A stretch of DNA of 62,261 nt, taken from NCBI GenBank assembly GCA_959604115.1, contig CAUHBW010000001.1, positions 1 to 62,261 on the forward strand, in the 5' to 3' direction. A program made the position numbers and the translations under genes. The notes beneath the pieces were generated by a model that worked only from the letters and a program-made list of their open reading frames with translations, made no database searches and was not told the origin of the DNA. Numbering within the stretch: position 1 is the first letter of the stretch; each line of letters starts with the position of its first letter. Positions 18,930-28,766 of the stretch are shown here, piece after piece. Source of the DNA: an uncultured Bilophila sp. Lineage in GTDB: Bacteria > Desulfobacterota > Desulfovibrionia > Desulfovibrionales > Desulfovibrionaceae.

Positions 18930-20852
18930 TTAATCAATGAGGAAGAGAGAAATTTCCGGGACAAAGGTTACGAATCCCAGCACCACCAACATGGCAATGA
19001 GGAAAGGCACCGCCGCGCGGGACACCTGCTCAATCTTCACCTTTGTTATTCCGCTGGCCACAAAGAGGTTTACGCCGACGGGAGGCGTCACGAAACCAAT
19101 GGCCAGATTGACCACCATGATGACGCCGAAATGGATGGGATCAACGCCTACCTTCAAAACAAGCGGAAGCAGGATGGGAGTCAGAATGACGATGGCGGCC
19201 AAAGCCTCCATGAAGGTGCCCACCCAAAGCAGGAGCAAGTTAATGAGCAGCAATATGGCGATCTTGTTTTCCGTAAAGCTGAGAATGGCGGACGCAATGC
19301 GTTCAGGAACCTGCTCGAGCGTCATCACATTCCCGAATATCGTAGCCATTGCCATAAGCATGATGATGATGGCGGAAGTCCGGGCGGACTCCAGACAGCA
19401 GGACCACAAGGAATGCCATGTGAGTTCCCTGTAAACGAACAGGCCCACGAGAAGCCCGTAAAGCGCGGCAACGGCCGCGGCCTCGGTCGGCGTCATGATG
19501 CCGCCGTATATGCCCCCCAATACGATAACGGGGACAAGCAGAGCGCCCTTGGCAATCCAAACCGCTTTCCCCAGGGTCTTCAGGTTACGCTGGCGCGGGG
19601 CGCCCCTCCAGCCATTCTTTTTGGCGATGCAATAGGCTACGAGCATAAGCACAAGCCCGGTCAGAATCCCCGGAGTGATGCCCGCCAAAAAAAGCTTGCC
19701 CACGGAAGCCTGCCCGGCGACGCCGTAAACCACAAAAGGATTGCTGGGCGGGATCATGACGCCGATGGCGCCCGCGCTCGCCACGACCGCGGCGGCAAAC
19801 ATCTTGTCGTAACCGCGTTCCGTCATTGCCGGGATGGTCAAGGTGCCGATGGCCGCCACGGTGGCGGGCCCCGAACCGCTGATCGCGGCGAAGAACATGC
19901 ATGTAGCGATACTGGCAAGGGCGATTCCGCCGGACAAGCCGCCCACGACTTCATCGGCAAGGGCAAGGAGCCTGTGCGACAATCCGCCTGCCCCCATAAA
20001 GATGCCCGCGGCGATGAAGAACGGGATGGCCATAATCGGGAAACTGTCGATGGACGTAAACGCGACGGAGGCGAGGTAGTCGACGGGCAACGTATTGGCC
20101 CCCAGCACGGTCATCAAGGACGCAATGCCAAGGCTGAATGCAATGGGAACCCCGATAAAGAGCAGCACGATAAAATACCCGAAAAGGAGCATTATCGCGT
20201 TGAGCTGTTCAAAAAGGAATACCGGGCTGAACAAGAGAACCGTAAAAAGGAATGCGAGCAACGTATCCGTGGCACGGATACGGGAAATTTGGGCGCAGAT
20301 GTCTTCCAGCGCTCTGAACACCATCAATCCAAACCCTACCGGCAAGATCAAGTAAGGAATAAAATATGGTATTTGAAGGGCCGCCGTAGTTTGAGGAATT
20401 TCTATCTGCATCCGGACATGCTCAAATCCCTTGAACAACATGAAGCCACTCAAGATCAGGAGGCAAAGATCGACGACGACCCAGCTTGCGGCCTGCATCC
20501 GATCCGAAAGCCTGTCATAAATGATGTCGACGCGTATATTGCTGCGTTCCCTGATCGCAAGAGGAATCGCAAGATACGATATCCAAATAAAAATATAGCG
20601 TGCCGTTTCTTCCGACCAGACGGAGAGGCCGACATATTGGGAAATCGTATCCTTGAACGCGAGAGGATTGCAAAACGGGGCAATCATCCAGGCATTGGAC
20701 GGATCGCCGACAGACTGGATAAGGAACGTGATCAGATACCGATACAGGGTCTGGTAGCAAATGATCAAAATCATCGCCACCAATCCCAGAACAAGAAATG
20801 GTTTCTCAAAATGCGCATCGACATACGCGAGCGTTTTCTTCAAGTTCTGCAT
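18930..20852 (-). CDS. Fused TRAP permease DctQM
   Basis: N-terminal DctQ (WSEETARYIFIW) fused to DctM (FAAISGSGPAT, IPPSNP, TPTEAA, TPPVG), 640 aa. Confidence 0.92.
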   Translation of the reverse strand: MQNLKKTLAYVDAHFEKPFLVLGLVAMILIICYQTLYRYLITFLIQSVGDPSNAWMIAPFCNPLAFKDTISQYVGLSVWSEETARYIFIWISYLAIPLAIRERSNIRVDIIYDRLSDRMQAASWVVVDLCLLILSGFMLFKGFEHVRMQIEIPQTTAALQIPYFIPYLILPVGFGLMVFRALEDICAQISRIRATDTLLAFLFTVLLFSPVFLFEQLNAIMLLFGYFIVLLFIGVPIAFSLGIASLMTVLGANTLPVDYLASVAFTSIDSFPIMAIPFFIAAGIFMGAGGLSHRLLALADEVVGGLSGGIALASIATCMFFAAISGSGPATVAAIGTLTIPAMTERGYDKMFAAAVVASAGAIGVMIPPSNPFVVYGVAGQASVGKLFLAGITPGILTGLVLMLVAYCIAKKNGWRGAPRQRNLKTLGKAVWIAKGALLVPVIVLGGIYGGIMTPTEAAAVAALYGLLVGLFVYRELTWHSLWSCCLESARTSAIIIMLMAMATIFGNVMTLEQVPERIASAILSFTENKIAILLLINLLLLWVGTFMEALAAIVILTPILLPLVLKVGVDPIHFGVIMVVNLAIGFVTPPVGVNLFVASGITKVKIEQVSRAAVPFLIAMLVVLGFVTFVPEISLFLID

Positions 20853-20916
20853 GGCCGCTCCATTGGCTGGTCAGGCTGAAGGGATGCGGATCTGCCGATC
20901 CGCATCCCAAAGACGC

Positions 20917-21936
20917 CTACTTCTGGGTGTCCAGAACCATCTGTACGAGTTCCTTCGGGAACTGATCCATAAACTTGTCCCACACGGGGCGGGTAGCCAC
21001 ACGGAATTCTTCAATCTGTTCCGGAGTCAGATCGACAATCTTGATGCCAGCCTTGATAAAGCCTTCGCGGGCCCTGGCTTCGTTTTCCGGGTACAGCGTC
21101 GTGCGCTGGTAGGCCAACGCTTCGGAGGCGGCTTCCCGGATCAGCCCCTGAGCCTTCGGATCCAGCTTGTCCCACCACTTCTTGTTGGCCATCATGACCT
21201 GCATTCCGTAGTTATGGACGGACGTGATCGCATACTTCAGCACTTCGTGGTGCTTGGCTCCATAAAGGTGAGGGAACGTATTGCCTTCGCCGTCAACAGT
21301 CCCCTGCTGGAGAGCGGTATAGGTTTCACCCCATGCCACCGGCGTGGGGTTCATGCCGAGAGCCTTCGCAACTTCAACTTCCACGGGGGAATCCGTGGTG
21401 CGGATCTTGAGCCCCGCGAGATCCTTGACACTCGAAATGGGCTTCTTGATCGTTACAAAATTCCTGTAGCCGTACTCGGCGTACATGATGGGTTCAAGAG
21501 CGATGTCATGCGCCACCTTGGCGAAATATTTTCCGAGTTCTCCCGAATCAATAGCCGCGTACAGCTTTTCCTGATTTTGGGGGCTCGTGATGTACGGGAG
21601 GTCAAAAACCTGATACAACGGCGAAAAGTTAGCCATATTGGGGGTGGAGCTCACCGCCATCTCGAGGCTTCCCTTTTGGGCTCCTTCCATGAGTACGCGG
21701 TCGCTGCCCAGCATCGCATTGGGGAAAATCTGAACGGAAATCCTGCCGTCGCTTTTCTTTTCAACAAGTTCCTTGAACTTTTCAAAGGCCAGAGTGATAT
21801 GGTTGCCCGGAGGGGTCGTGTGGGCAACGCGGAAGCTGAATTTCGGCCCGTCATAGGCGGCAAAGGCGGGAGAAGCGAGGGCAACCCCTGCAAGACAAAC
21901 ACATGCAAGCAGTCGACGACAAAACATCTTTTTCAT
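20917..21936 (-). CDS. dctP: TRAP substrate-binding protein
   Basis: Signal peptide; FPNAMLGSD, FDLPY, YGYRN, GLKIRT, WGETYTALQQGTVDGEGN. Confidence 0.93.
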   Translation of the reverse strand: MKKMFCRRLLACVCLAGVALASPAFAAYDGPKFSFRVAHTTPPGNHITLAFEKFKELVEKKSDGRISVQIFPNAMLGSDRVLMEGAQKGSLEMAVSSTPNMANFSPLYQVFDLPYITSPQNQEKLYAAIDSGELGKYFAKVAHDIALEPIMYAEYGYRNFVTIKKPISSVKDLAGLKIRTTDSPVEVEVAKALGMNPTPVAWGETYTALQQGTVDGEGNTFPHLYGAKHHEVLKYAITSVHNYGMQVMMANKKWWDKLDPKAQGLIREAASEALAYQRTTLYPENEARAREGFIKAGIKIVDLTPEQIEEFRVATRPVWDKFMDQFPKELVQMVLDTQK

Positions 21937-22220
21937 AACTATCTCCTCGTTTGAAATGATGTTTGAAGCGCACTGTTCCCGTTCCCCAACATGCGTTCAA
22001 CGTCGGCCGGCCTTCCACATTGGGAAAAAAGAAACAACATCACTACTTGTATTTTTAAAGACAACTGCGCTAAAAAATCAATAGACATTCGCTTTTAAGC
22101 GCAGCTTTTGGTTCAAAATCCCGGTTTCCAGTACGCATCCGATGAATACCGGAAAGAGGTATATACAAAAATAATATGTTATTCTAACGTATTAAAAAAT
22201 ACACAAAGCTATACTACTTT

Positions 22221-23732
22221 ATGCGTAGAAAAACCCCATCAGAGCATCGACAAGCGGATAGCCCGTCCATTTTTCTGTTTCGCCCCTTTTCGTATTGGCG
22301 GGAGTTATGCGGGATAGGATTCTTCATTGTCTGGCATTGGCAAATTTTGAATATCTCGCTCGACGCCAAACAAACGTTCTTCCCCGGAGAGCTCGGCGAC
22401 TCAATCCACTTGTTTTTCTTTGTAAGCCTCACATTTCTGGCCCTTTTCCTGCTGGGGCACAGGGTAAGCCCCTTCTTCCACAGGGTGGGGCGTGGCTGGC
22501 AGGCTTCCGTCGCCACCTTGTGCATGTTTTCACTGCTCTTTTCACTCCCCGTATCGCCCCCGAAAGAATACTGCGCTCTCAACGTTCTTGCCCTCGCCAC
22601 CTCAGGGGCGGGGTCCGCCATAATGCTCCTCGCGTGGCTCCAGAGCCTCGCCGCGGTACCATATCGCAGCACCATCGCCATCATCGGCGGAAGTTTCGTT
22701 TTTTCGGCTGTCATGAACAGCTTCATTCATTTTTATCCCTCAACGGCAATGGCTCTCTGCGTCATTTCCCTGAGCATGAGCCGTTTTTTGCTCCCGCATG
22801 CCCAACAGCCGGAAGAAGCCCTTGAAGAAAAGAAAAAAGGCAGACTTCCGACCTTTTTTGGCCATCAACGCACGGAAAATTTGAGGCTCTTGATCTGCGC
22901 GGCCTGCGGCATCTGCTTCAGCGCCGGAGTATTCTATAACTTGGTGGTCTTTCTGCGCCCGATGGGTGAACCCGCGCCCCTGATGCTGACATTGCTCTTC
23001 GGCATCGGAGGGCTCCTTGCCATCGCGTTCCTGAATCTCCCGTTGGAAAAGGATATCTATCAAGCCTTTCTGCTCGTTGTTCCGTTCCTGCTTTGCGGAT
23101 ATGTGGCATGGCCGATTCTGCACGGCGAATCTCCGGGCCTATCGCTCGTCGGCATGCGTCTCGGTTTTGGCCTTCTTGCCGTGTATCTTTTCGTGGCCGT
23201 ATCGGCCATGTCCGCACGGCTCCAAAAGAATAACAAGAAGCTCCTCTATGCCTGTTTGGGATATATGTCCCTCGCTTTCTGGGCCGGTGCCCAAGTTTGT
23301 TCATTAAATTTTCTCGGCGCATATGGCGTCCAAGAATTGGATATTTTGCTTATATCCTTATTCATTGTATTACTGTCCAGTTGCGGGGCCTGCACTTTTT
23401 GGCTTTATCAAGCCCGTTATTCCATGCAATATATAGAAAAAGCATCACAGGAAGACGATGCCCTGCTTGACTTTTTTGCATCAAAAGGCCTTACGCCCCA
23501 ACAGTCCGTCATCGCAAGCCTGCTTTCCAAAAAAATATCCGAAAATGTTATCTGCGATATATTATCCATATCGCCGCTTACCCTGGAAACGCATATCAGG
23601 AATATACATAAACGCATGAACATCAACAGCAGATATGAATTGATGTACATAGGCAGATCAAACAGCAAAAATACGATACGCGCGGAGAGAGATGACTATT
23701 CCCAAAGGAATGAAGATTCGGACTCTTCTTGA
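22221..23732 (+). CDS. Membrane-embedded LuxR-type regulator (about 12 TM segments plus C-terminal HTH)
   Basis: Long polytopic hydrophobic N-terminus; C-terminal GLTPQQ..IA.LL.....N.ICDIL.IS..TLETHIRNIH.RM.I.SR.EL; start codon uncertain. Confidence 0.75.
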   Translation: MRRKTPSEHRQADSPSIFLFRPFSYWRELCGIGFFIVWHWQILNISLDAKQTFFPGELGDSIHLFFFVSLTFLALFLLGHRVSPFFHRVGRGWQASVATLCMFSLLFSLPVSPPKEYCALNVLALATSGAGSAIMLLAWLQSLAAVPYRSTIAIIGGSFVFSAVMNSFIHFYPSTAMALCVISLSMSRFLLPHAQQPEEALEEKKKGRLPTFFGHQRTENLRLLICAACGICFSAGVFYNLVVFLRPMGEPAPLMLTLLFGIGGLLAIAFLNLPLEKDIYQAFLLVVPFLLCGYVAWPILHGESPGLSLVGMRLGFGLLAVYLFVAVSAMSARLQKNNKKLLYACLGYMSLAFWAGAQVCSLNFLGAYGVQELDILLISLFIVLLSSCGACTFWLYQARYSMQYIEKASQEDDALLDFFASKGLTPQQSVIASLLSKKISENVICDILSISPLTLETHIRNIHKRMNINSRYELMYIGRSNSKNTIRAERDDYSQRNEDSDSS

Positions 23733-24113
23733 GTTTATCCCGCCCAGCCTTCACAAGCGTTTTCCCAGCTTTTTCTTTTGCTCCGACATGGTCAGCAGAT
23801 TACGCTTGGTTTTCACGCCTCTCTGTGCGGGTGTGCCCATCCTTCTTTTTCGATGCGTACTCCCGGAGCGCTACCGCTACCAGATAAGGACCGAACGCTA
23901 CATGCCTTCTTGCTGATAGGGAATACGCAAACAAAAGAAGGAACAGCCGATTGAATTCGACCATCCCTTTCTTTTGGAACCGACCTTGTTTTCGCGAGTT
24001 TCATCACTCTATGGACTATTGGCACTAAGGCATCGCTGTTTCAAACAGTTCCGGCCTCTATGAAAAATCTTCCGGCAATTGCTCAATTGTCTGCAAAGTC
24101 CATGTGTTCTCTT

Positions 24114-25640
24114 TTAGTCAGTAATGTTCTTCGTAGCCTTTTTGATCTTGGCAAGATAAATATAGGAGGTCAGAACGGTCAACACCACGAAGAACAGGGC
24201 GAATGGCCGCGTAAAAAATACCGTCCAATCATTACCGGAAATCAGCAAGGTCTGGCGAATCTTCTCTTCAAGAAGCTGTCCAAGGAAGAAAGCCACAATA
24301 AGCGTTGGCAGGTTTAAGGACATCTTGTTCAGCATATAGCCAACAATGCCGAACCCGAACATGACCCATACGTCAAACATGCTGCCGTTGAAAACATAGG
24401 CTCCCAGAATGCTGAAAACAAGGATACAGGCATACAGGGTGGATTGCGGTATGTTCGTCAGGCGGCGCACATAGCGAATAAAGACGCTGCCTATCAGCAG
24501 GGTAAAGAAATTGGAAATCAGCAGCACCGCAAAAAGCGCATAAAGCAGCGACGCGTGATCCTCCATAAAGCGGGGCCCCGGCACAAGCCCCTTGATCATG
24601 AACCCTCCCATGATCAGGGCCGCCGCAAGATTGCCGGGAATCCCCAAGGTTACCAGCGGCACGAGATTCGGTCCGTTGACGGCGTTATTGCCCGCCTCGG
24701 AAGCGGCGATGCCCTCCAGAGCCCCCTTGCCGAACAGCTCGGGCGTCTTGGACTTCTTACGTGCCCACAAGTAGCTCAAATACGCGCCAACGGTCGTACC
24801 GATGCCCGGCACGATGCCTATGATGCTGCCGATGAGCGTGGAACGTCCGATGGTGGGCAGACAGGTCTTGAATTCTTCAGCCGTAACCCTGTTGTCATCA
24901 GGATTGGAACTGACGACAATCCTTTCTTCCCGCTCTCCGCTCTTCCTCCGGGCCAGACGCTGTCGGAAAGAGTGTTCCGCCTGCAACAGAACTTCCGAAA
25001 AGGCCAGCAGTCCGATAACCATCGGCATAAGGCTGAACCCGTCGGCCAACTCGACAACGCCGAAGGTCAAACGCATGGTGCCGAATTCCGGATCAGTGCC
25101 TACCGTGGCGAGAAAAAGCCCCAGAGCCGTTGAAAGCAGGCCGCGCAAAGGATCGGCAGTGGCCGCTACGGAAATGACGACCAGAGAAAAGAGGACGACC
25201 ATGCTGTACTCGGGCGGCCCGATGCGCAAGGCGATGGCCGCGACGGGGGCCGCCAAAAAAATCAGCACCAAATCGGACAGGGCGTCAGCCAGTACGGAAG
25301 CATATAGGGCCGTCTGCATGGCCTTGCCGCTTTTCCCCTGTCTTGCAAGCGGATACCCGTCAAAGGCGGTGCACATGGCCTGCGGCGTGCCGGGAATATT
25401 GAACAGAATGGCAGGCAGGGAACCACCGAAGTTTCCTCCCTTGGAAAGCCCCATGAGCATGGCGATGCCGGGAATCGGACCGAGATAATAGGTAAAAGGC
25501 AGGAGCAGAACAATGGCCATGGTATCCGTCAGGCCGGGGATGGCTCCCATGACGGCGCCGCAGAGCACTCCGATAAAGGCCCAAAAAAAATTTTCCCAAA
25601 CGAAAACGAGGTCCAGAGCCCCCATAAGGTCTTCAAGCAT
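24114..25640 (-). CDS. tctA: TTT large membrane subunit
   Basis: GAIPGL, NIPGTP, DGYPLA.QG, EGIAASEAGNNA, LVTLGIPG. Confidence 0.93.
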   Translation of the reverse strand: MLEDLMGALDLVFVWENFFWAFIGVLCGAVMGAIPGLTDTMAIVLLLPFTYYLGPIPGIAMLMGLSKGGNFGGSLPAILFNIPGTPQAMCTAFDGYPLARQGKSGKAMQTALYASVLADALSDLVLIFLAAPVAAIALRIGPPEYSMVVLFSLVVISVAATADPLRGLLSTALGLFLATVGTDPEFGTMRLTFGVVELADGFSLMPMVIGLLAFSEVLLQAEHSFRQRLARRKSGEREERIVVSSNPDDNRVTAEEFKTCLPTIGRSTLIGSIIGIVPGIGTTVGAYLSYLWARKKSKTPELFGKGALEGIAASEAGNNAVNGPNLVPLVTLGIPGNLAAALIMGGFMIKGLVPGPRFMEDHASLLYALFAVLLISNFFTLLIGSVFIRYVRRLTNIPQSTLYACILVFSILGAYVFNGSMFDVWVMFGFGIVGYMLNKMSLNLPTLIVAFFLGQLLEEKIRQTLLISGNDWTVFFTRPFALFFVVLTVLTSYIYLAKIKKATKNITD

Positions 25641-25664
25641 AGCGTTCTCCGATACGGTTGCGTG

Positions 25665-26117
25665 CTAAAAAAGAATACCGCTAGGCAGGGGATACTTAAG
25701 GAAAAAAACGACGATTCCGTAAATGGCCGCAAGCAAGAGTAACGGCGTCAGCACAATGCGCATCAGGCCACGCTCAAGGAAAAAGACCATATAGAACATG
25801 CAGAATATACAGTTTGTCACGAAGAATCCGACGGACTCCGTGCCGATGATGCAGACGGCATAGCTTGCCGCAAGAAGGAGGATACGCAGAAAGGCGGATT
25901 CGGAGGGGTGGGAAAAGAACGTTGCCACCGCTTCCGGAGAAAGGCGCTTTCCCGTGGTCCGCAGGGTCATCAGCAGGGCCGGAACGGCAAGGAAAAGAAC
26001 GGTCAGACGCGGGTACATGGCCTGCTCTTCGCCTGAAATCTGTTGCGGGATGATCACAAACCACAGCAGCGCACAGAGACCAAGAAACAGACATCCTATG
26101 AAGCGATCTATCAGCAT
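25665..26117 (-). CDS. tctB: TTT small membrane subunit
   Basis: Four TM segments, YP motif, ends LKYPLPSGILF; lies between tctC and tctA. Confidence 0.85.
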   Translation of the reverse strand: MLIDRFIGCLFLGLCALLWFVIIPQQISGEEQAMYPRLTVLFLAVPALLMTLRTTGKRLSPEAVATFFSHPSESAFLRILLLAASYAVCIIGTESVGFFVTNCIFCMFYMVFFLERGLMRIVLTPLLLLAAIYGIVVFFLKYPLPSGILF

Positions 26118-26172
26118 AGGGCCCCCCTGGCATTCCCGGAGGTTTGCCTCCGGGAATGATTGGTACTATTGA

Positions 26173-27132
26173 CTACTTGCTGTCCTGTTCATTGTACTTC
26201 AGCATCTTTTGGACGGATTCGACGGAGCGGCGCGAAAAGGCCTCGTAGTCCTTTCCGGAAAGAAACTGCGGGATGAACCCCGCCGTCTCCATCTTTTCCC
26301 GGAGTTCAGGATTCTTCAGGACATGGGCGACGGCCTGTTCCCATCTGTCGCAGATCGCCTTGGGAGTTCCCTTGGGGAAGGCGAAACCGTACATGAGGGA
26401 AGTCGCAAAGGGGTATCCCATATCGCGCAGCTTGGGCACGCCGGCGATATGCGGAATTTCCGAAGCCCCCAGGTTGGCCAGAACAACCAGATCCCCCTTG
26501 CGGGCCGCCTGATACCCGGCGGTCCCCACGCCAAGCTCGCAGGCGTCGATATGCCCGCCCATCAAATCGGCGGTGGCCGGCCCGCCGCTCTTGTACATCA
26601 CCAGCCTGAACCGAACGCCGTCATGGATGGCCGCAGAACGCAAAACCTCAAGAGCCTCCTGACTGGCCCCGGATCCCACGGATACGGTGCCGGGATGGGC
26701 CTTGGCGTAGTCCATGAACTCTTTCCACGTCTTATAGGGCTTGCCGGGACGCGTAAGAAGCAGGCGATCCTGCGGCATATACGCGCCTACAAAAAGGATG
26801 TCGTCCAGATTATAGGCGGGAGCCTTGAGGAAATAGGTGGCAACCAACGCATTGCCGATGGCTCCGCCGATGACGGTGTACCCATCGTTTTTGGCCTTCA
26901 GGCCAAAATTCAAGCCGGGGATACCGCTTCCTCCCCCCTTGTTGACGATGACGAGAGGCTGCCCCAGCTCCTTGGACAGATAGTCGGCAACCATCCGCAC
27001 CGAGATGTCCGCCGCACCGCCCGGAGCGAACGGGACAACGCAGGTCACGGCCTTGTCGGGATACCGCGCCGACGCGGAACCCGTACCCGCCAACAACAAT
27101 GCCGCCAAGAACAACCCCAATAAACGCTTCAT
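26173..27132 (-). CDS. tctC: TTT binding protein
   Basis: YPDKAVTCVVPFAPGGAAD, NKGGGSG, DGYT; start MKRLLGL. Confidence 0.92.
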   Translation of the reverse strand: MKRLLGLFLAALLLAGTGSASARYPDKAVTCVVPFAPGGAADISVRMVADYLSKELGQPLVIVNKGGGSGIPGLNFGLKAKNDGYTVIGGAIGNALVATYFLKAPAYNLDDILFVGAYMPQDRLLLTRPGKPYKTWKEFMDYAKAHPGTVSVGSGASQEALEVLRSAAIHDGVRFRLVMYKSGGPATADLMGGHIDACELGVGTAGYQAARKGDLVVLANLGASEIPHIAGVPKLRDMGYPFATSLMYGFAFPKGTPKAICDRWEQAVAHVLKNPELREKMETAGFIPQFLSGKDYEAFSRRSVESVQKMLKYNEQDSK

Positions 27133-27176
27133 GATGGCCCCCTTTGTATCTCGGCCGAACGAATCGGCTTTTGGCG

Positions 27177-28766
27177 TTAGCGAAGAAGGTAGGGAATGTT
27201 GACGAACAGAGCCTTTTGAGGACACTCCACTTCACAGGGCAGGCAGAACCAGCAGGTTCTGTAATGCCCGGCGGGGCCGCCGCAGGACAGGCAACGCGAC
27301 GCTTCGTCCCGAGCCTCCCGTTCGGTCAGATACGGCGTCGTTTCAGCAAAATCTCCGGAGCCCGAGCAGCCATGCCCGGAACCAGTCTGACGGGGGAGAA
27401 CCGCGGCATTGCCCGCATCAACGGTGAAGTCGTCCACATACGGCCCGGGATATCGGCGGCCGTAGGACATGTCCTGACCGGCCAAAAGGCGGATGATCGA
27501 GGTGGCTGCGCGGCGTCCCGACGCCATGGCGTATACGGCGGAGGAAGGCCCGTGCGCCATATCTCCGGCGGCGAAGATGGGCTTGTCGCCGATCTGCAAG
27601 GTCACGGGATCAGGGGCGACGTCCCCCACAAGCCGCGCAAGCTGGCTGTCCCGCTCCTGTCCTACGGCCATGATGACGCCATCGACCGCCATGCTGCGGA
27701 TCTCGTCGGCGTTGAAGTCCGGATAGTCCAGACACTGCGGCGGCAGCAACGCCAGATCATGGCGGCAAGACAACAGCAGCCTGCCGTCCTTGTCCTCCAC
27801 GCTCACGGGAGACCATGTGAAGGCAAACCGGATGCCCTGCTCTCGGGCCTTGGCGATGTCCTCGGCATCGGCCCGGAACGCGTCCACCGTGCGCCGATAA
27901 ACGATGGTAACCCGTTCCGCGCCTTGACGTATGGCCGCCTGCGCACTGTCGAGAGCCACGTAGCCGCCCCCGACCACCGCGACATGGCCGGACAGCCTCT
28001 GGCCGCCACCGGCGCGGACTTCCGTGAGAAAACGGAACGCCGACAGCACGCCCGGCAAATCTTCCCCTTCAATGCGGGCCTTGCGTCCGCCTCCCGCTCC
28101 CAGGGCGAGCACCACGGCGTCATGCCGCCGCGCCAAGTCTTCCAGAGATCGCCGATCTTCAACGCGCCGACCGTAGCGGAAGACGACGCCGGCCTGCTCC
28201 ATGACGCCGACGGTTTCATCCAGCGCGGCCTCGGGAAGTTTCCAGACCGGCAAGATGTTTCGCAGCAGTCCTCCGGCCCTGTCTCCCGCCTCATAGACGA
28301 TTACGGCATGACCTTCCTTCCGCAGATCGTATGCCGCCAACAACCCCGCCGGGCCGGAGCCGACCACCGCCACCGTTTTTCCGGACGCCTCGGCGCATTC
28401 CAGCGGAGGCATCTTTTCCTCGGCAAAGAGATACCGTTTGATGCCGTTGATATTGACGGCCTGCCCGTCCACTTCGCGGCGGTTGCAGGCGCGCTCGCAG
28501 GGATGGTCGCAAATGCGGCACATCAGTTGCGCGAAAGGCAAACGTTCCGCAACGAGGGCGCGGGCTTCATCGTCTTTTCCGCGAGCCACCAGCTGCACGT
28601 ACCCCTGAATGTTCAGGCCCAAGGGACAGGCCGCCGAACAGGGAGCGCGATTGACGCGGATATTGTCGAGTATGCATGTCTCCGCGCACTTCCCGCAAAA
28701 AATGCATTTCGTCTTGTCCACGACAAGATTATCGGTCAACGCCTCAAGAAGATTGTCGGCACTCAT
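27177..28766 (-). CDS. FAD/NAD(P)H oxidoreductase, GltD-like core flanked by two halves of a 2[4Fe-4S] ferredoxin
   Basis: CIFCGKCAETC; PCSAACP...CRICDHPCERAC; VVGSGPAG; VVGGGYVA.D.A..YRRT; FAAGD; EASRCLSC; CWFCLPCEVECP..IPYLLR. Confidence 0.88.
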   Translation of the reverse strand: MSADNLLEALTDNLVVDKTKCIFCGKCAETCILDNIRVNRAPCSAACPLGLNIQGYVQLVARGKDDEARALVAERLPFAQLMCRICDHPCERACNRREVDGQAVNINGIKRYLFAEEKMPPLECAEASGKTVAVVGSGPAGLLAAYDLRKEGHAVIVYEAGDRAGGLLRNILPVWKLPEAALDETVGVMEQAGVVFRYGRRVEDRRSLEDLARRHDAVVLALGAGGGRKARIEGEDLPGVLSAFRFLTEVRAGGGQRLSGHVAVVGGGYVALDSAQAAIRQGAERVTIVYRRTVDAFRADAEDIAKAREQGIRFAFTWSPVSVEDKDGRLLLSCRHDLALLPPQCLDYPDFNADEIRSMAVDGVIMAVGQERDSQLARLVGDVAPDPVTLQIGDKPIFAAGDMAHGPSSAVYAMASGRRAATSIIRLLAGQDMSYGRRYPGPYVDDFTVDAGNAAVLPRQTGSGHGCSGSGDFAETTPYLTEREARDEASRCLSCGGPAGHYRTCWFCLPCEVECPQKALFVNIPYLLR

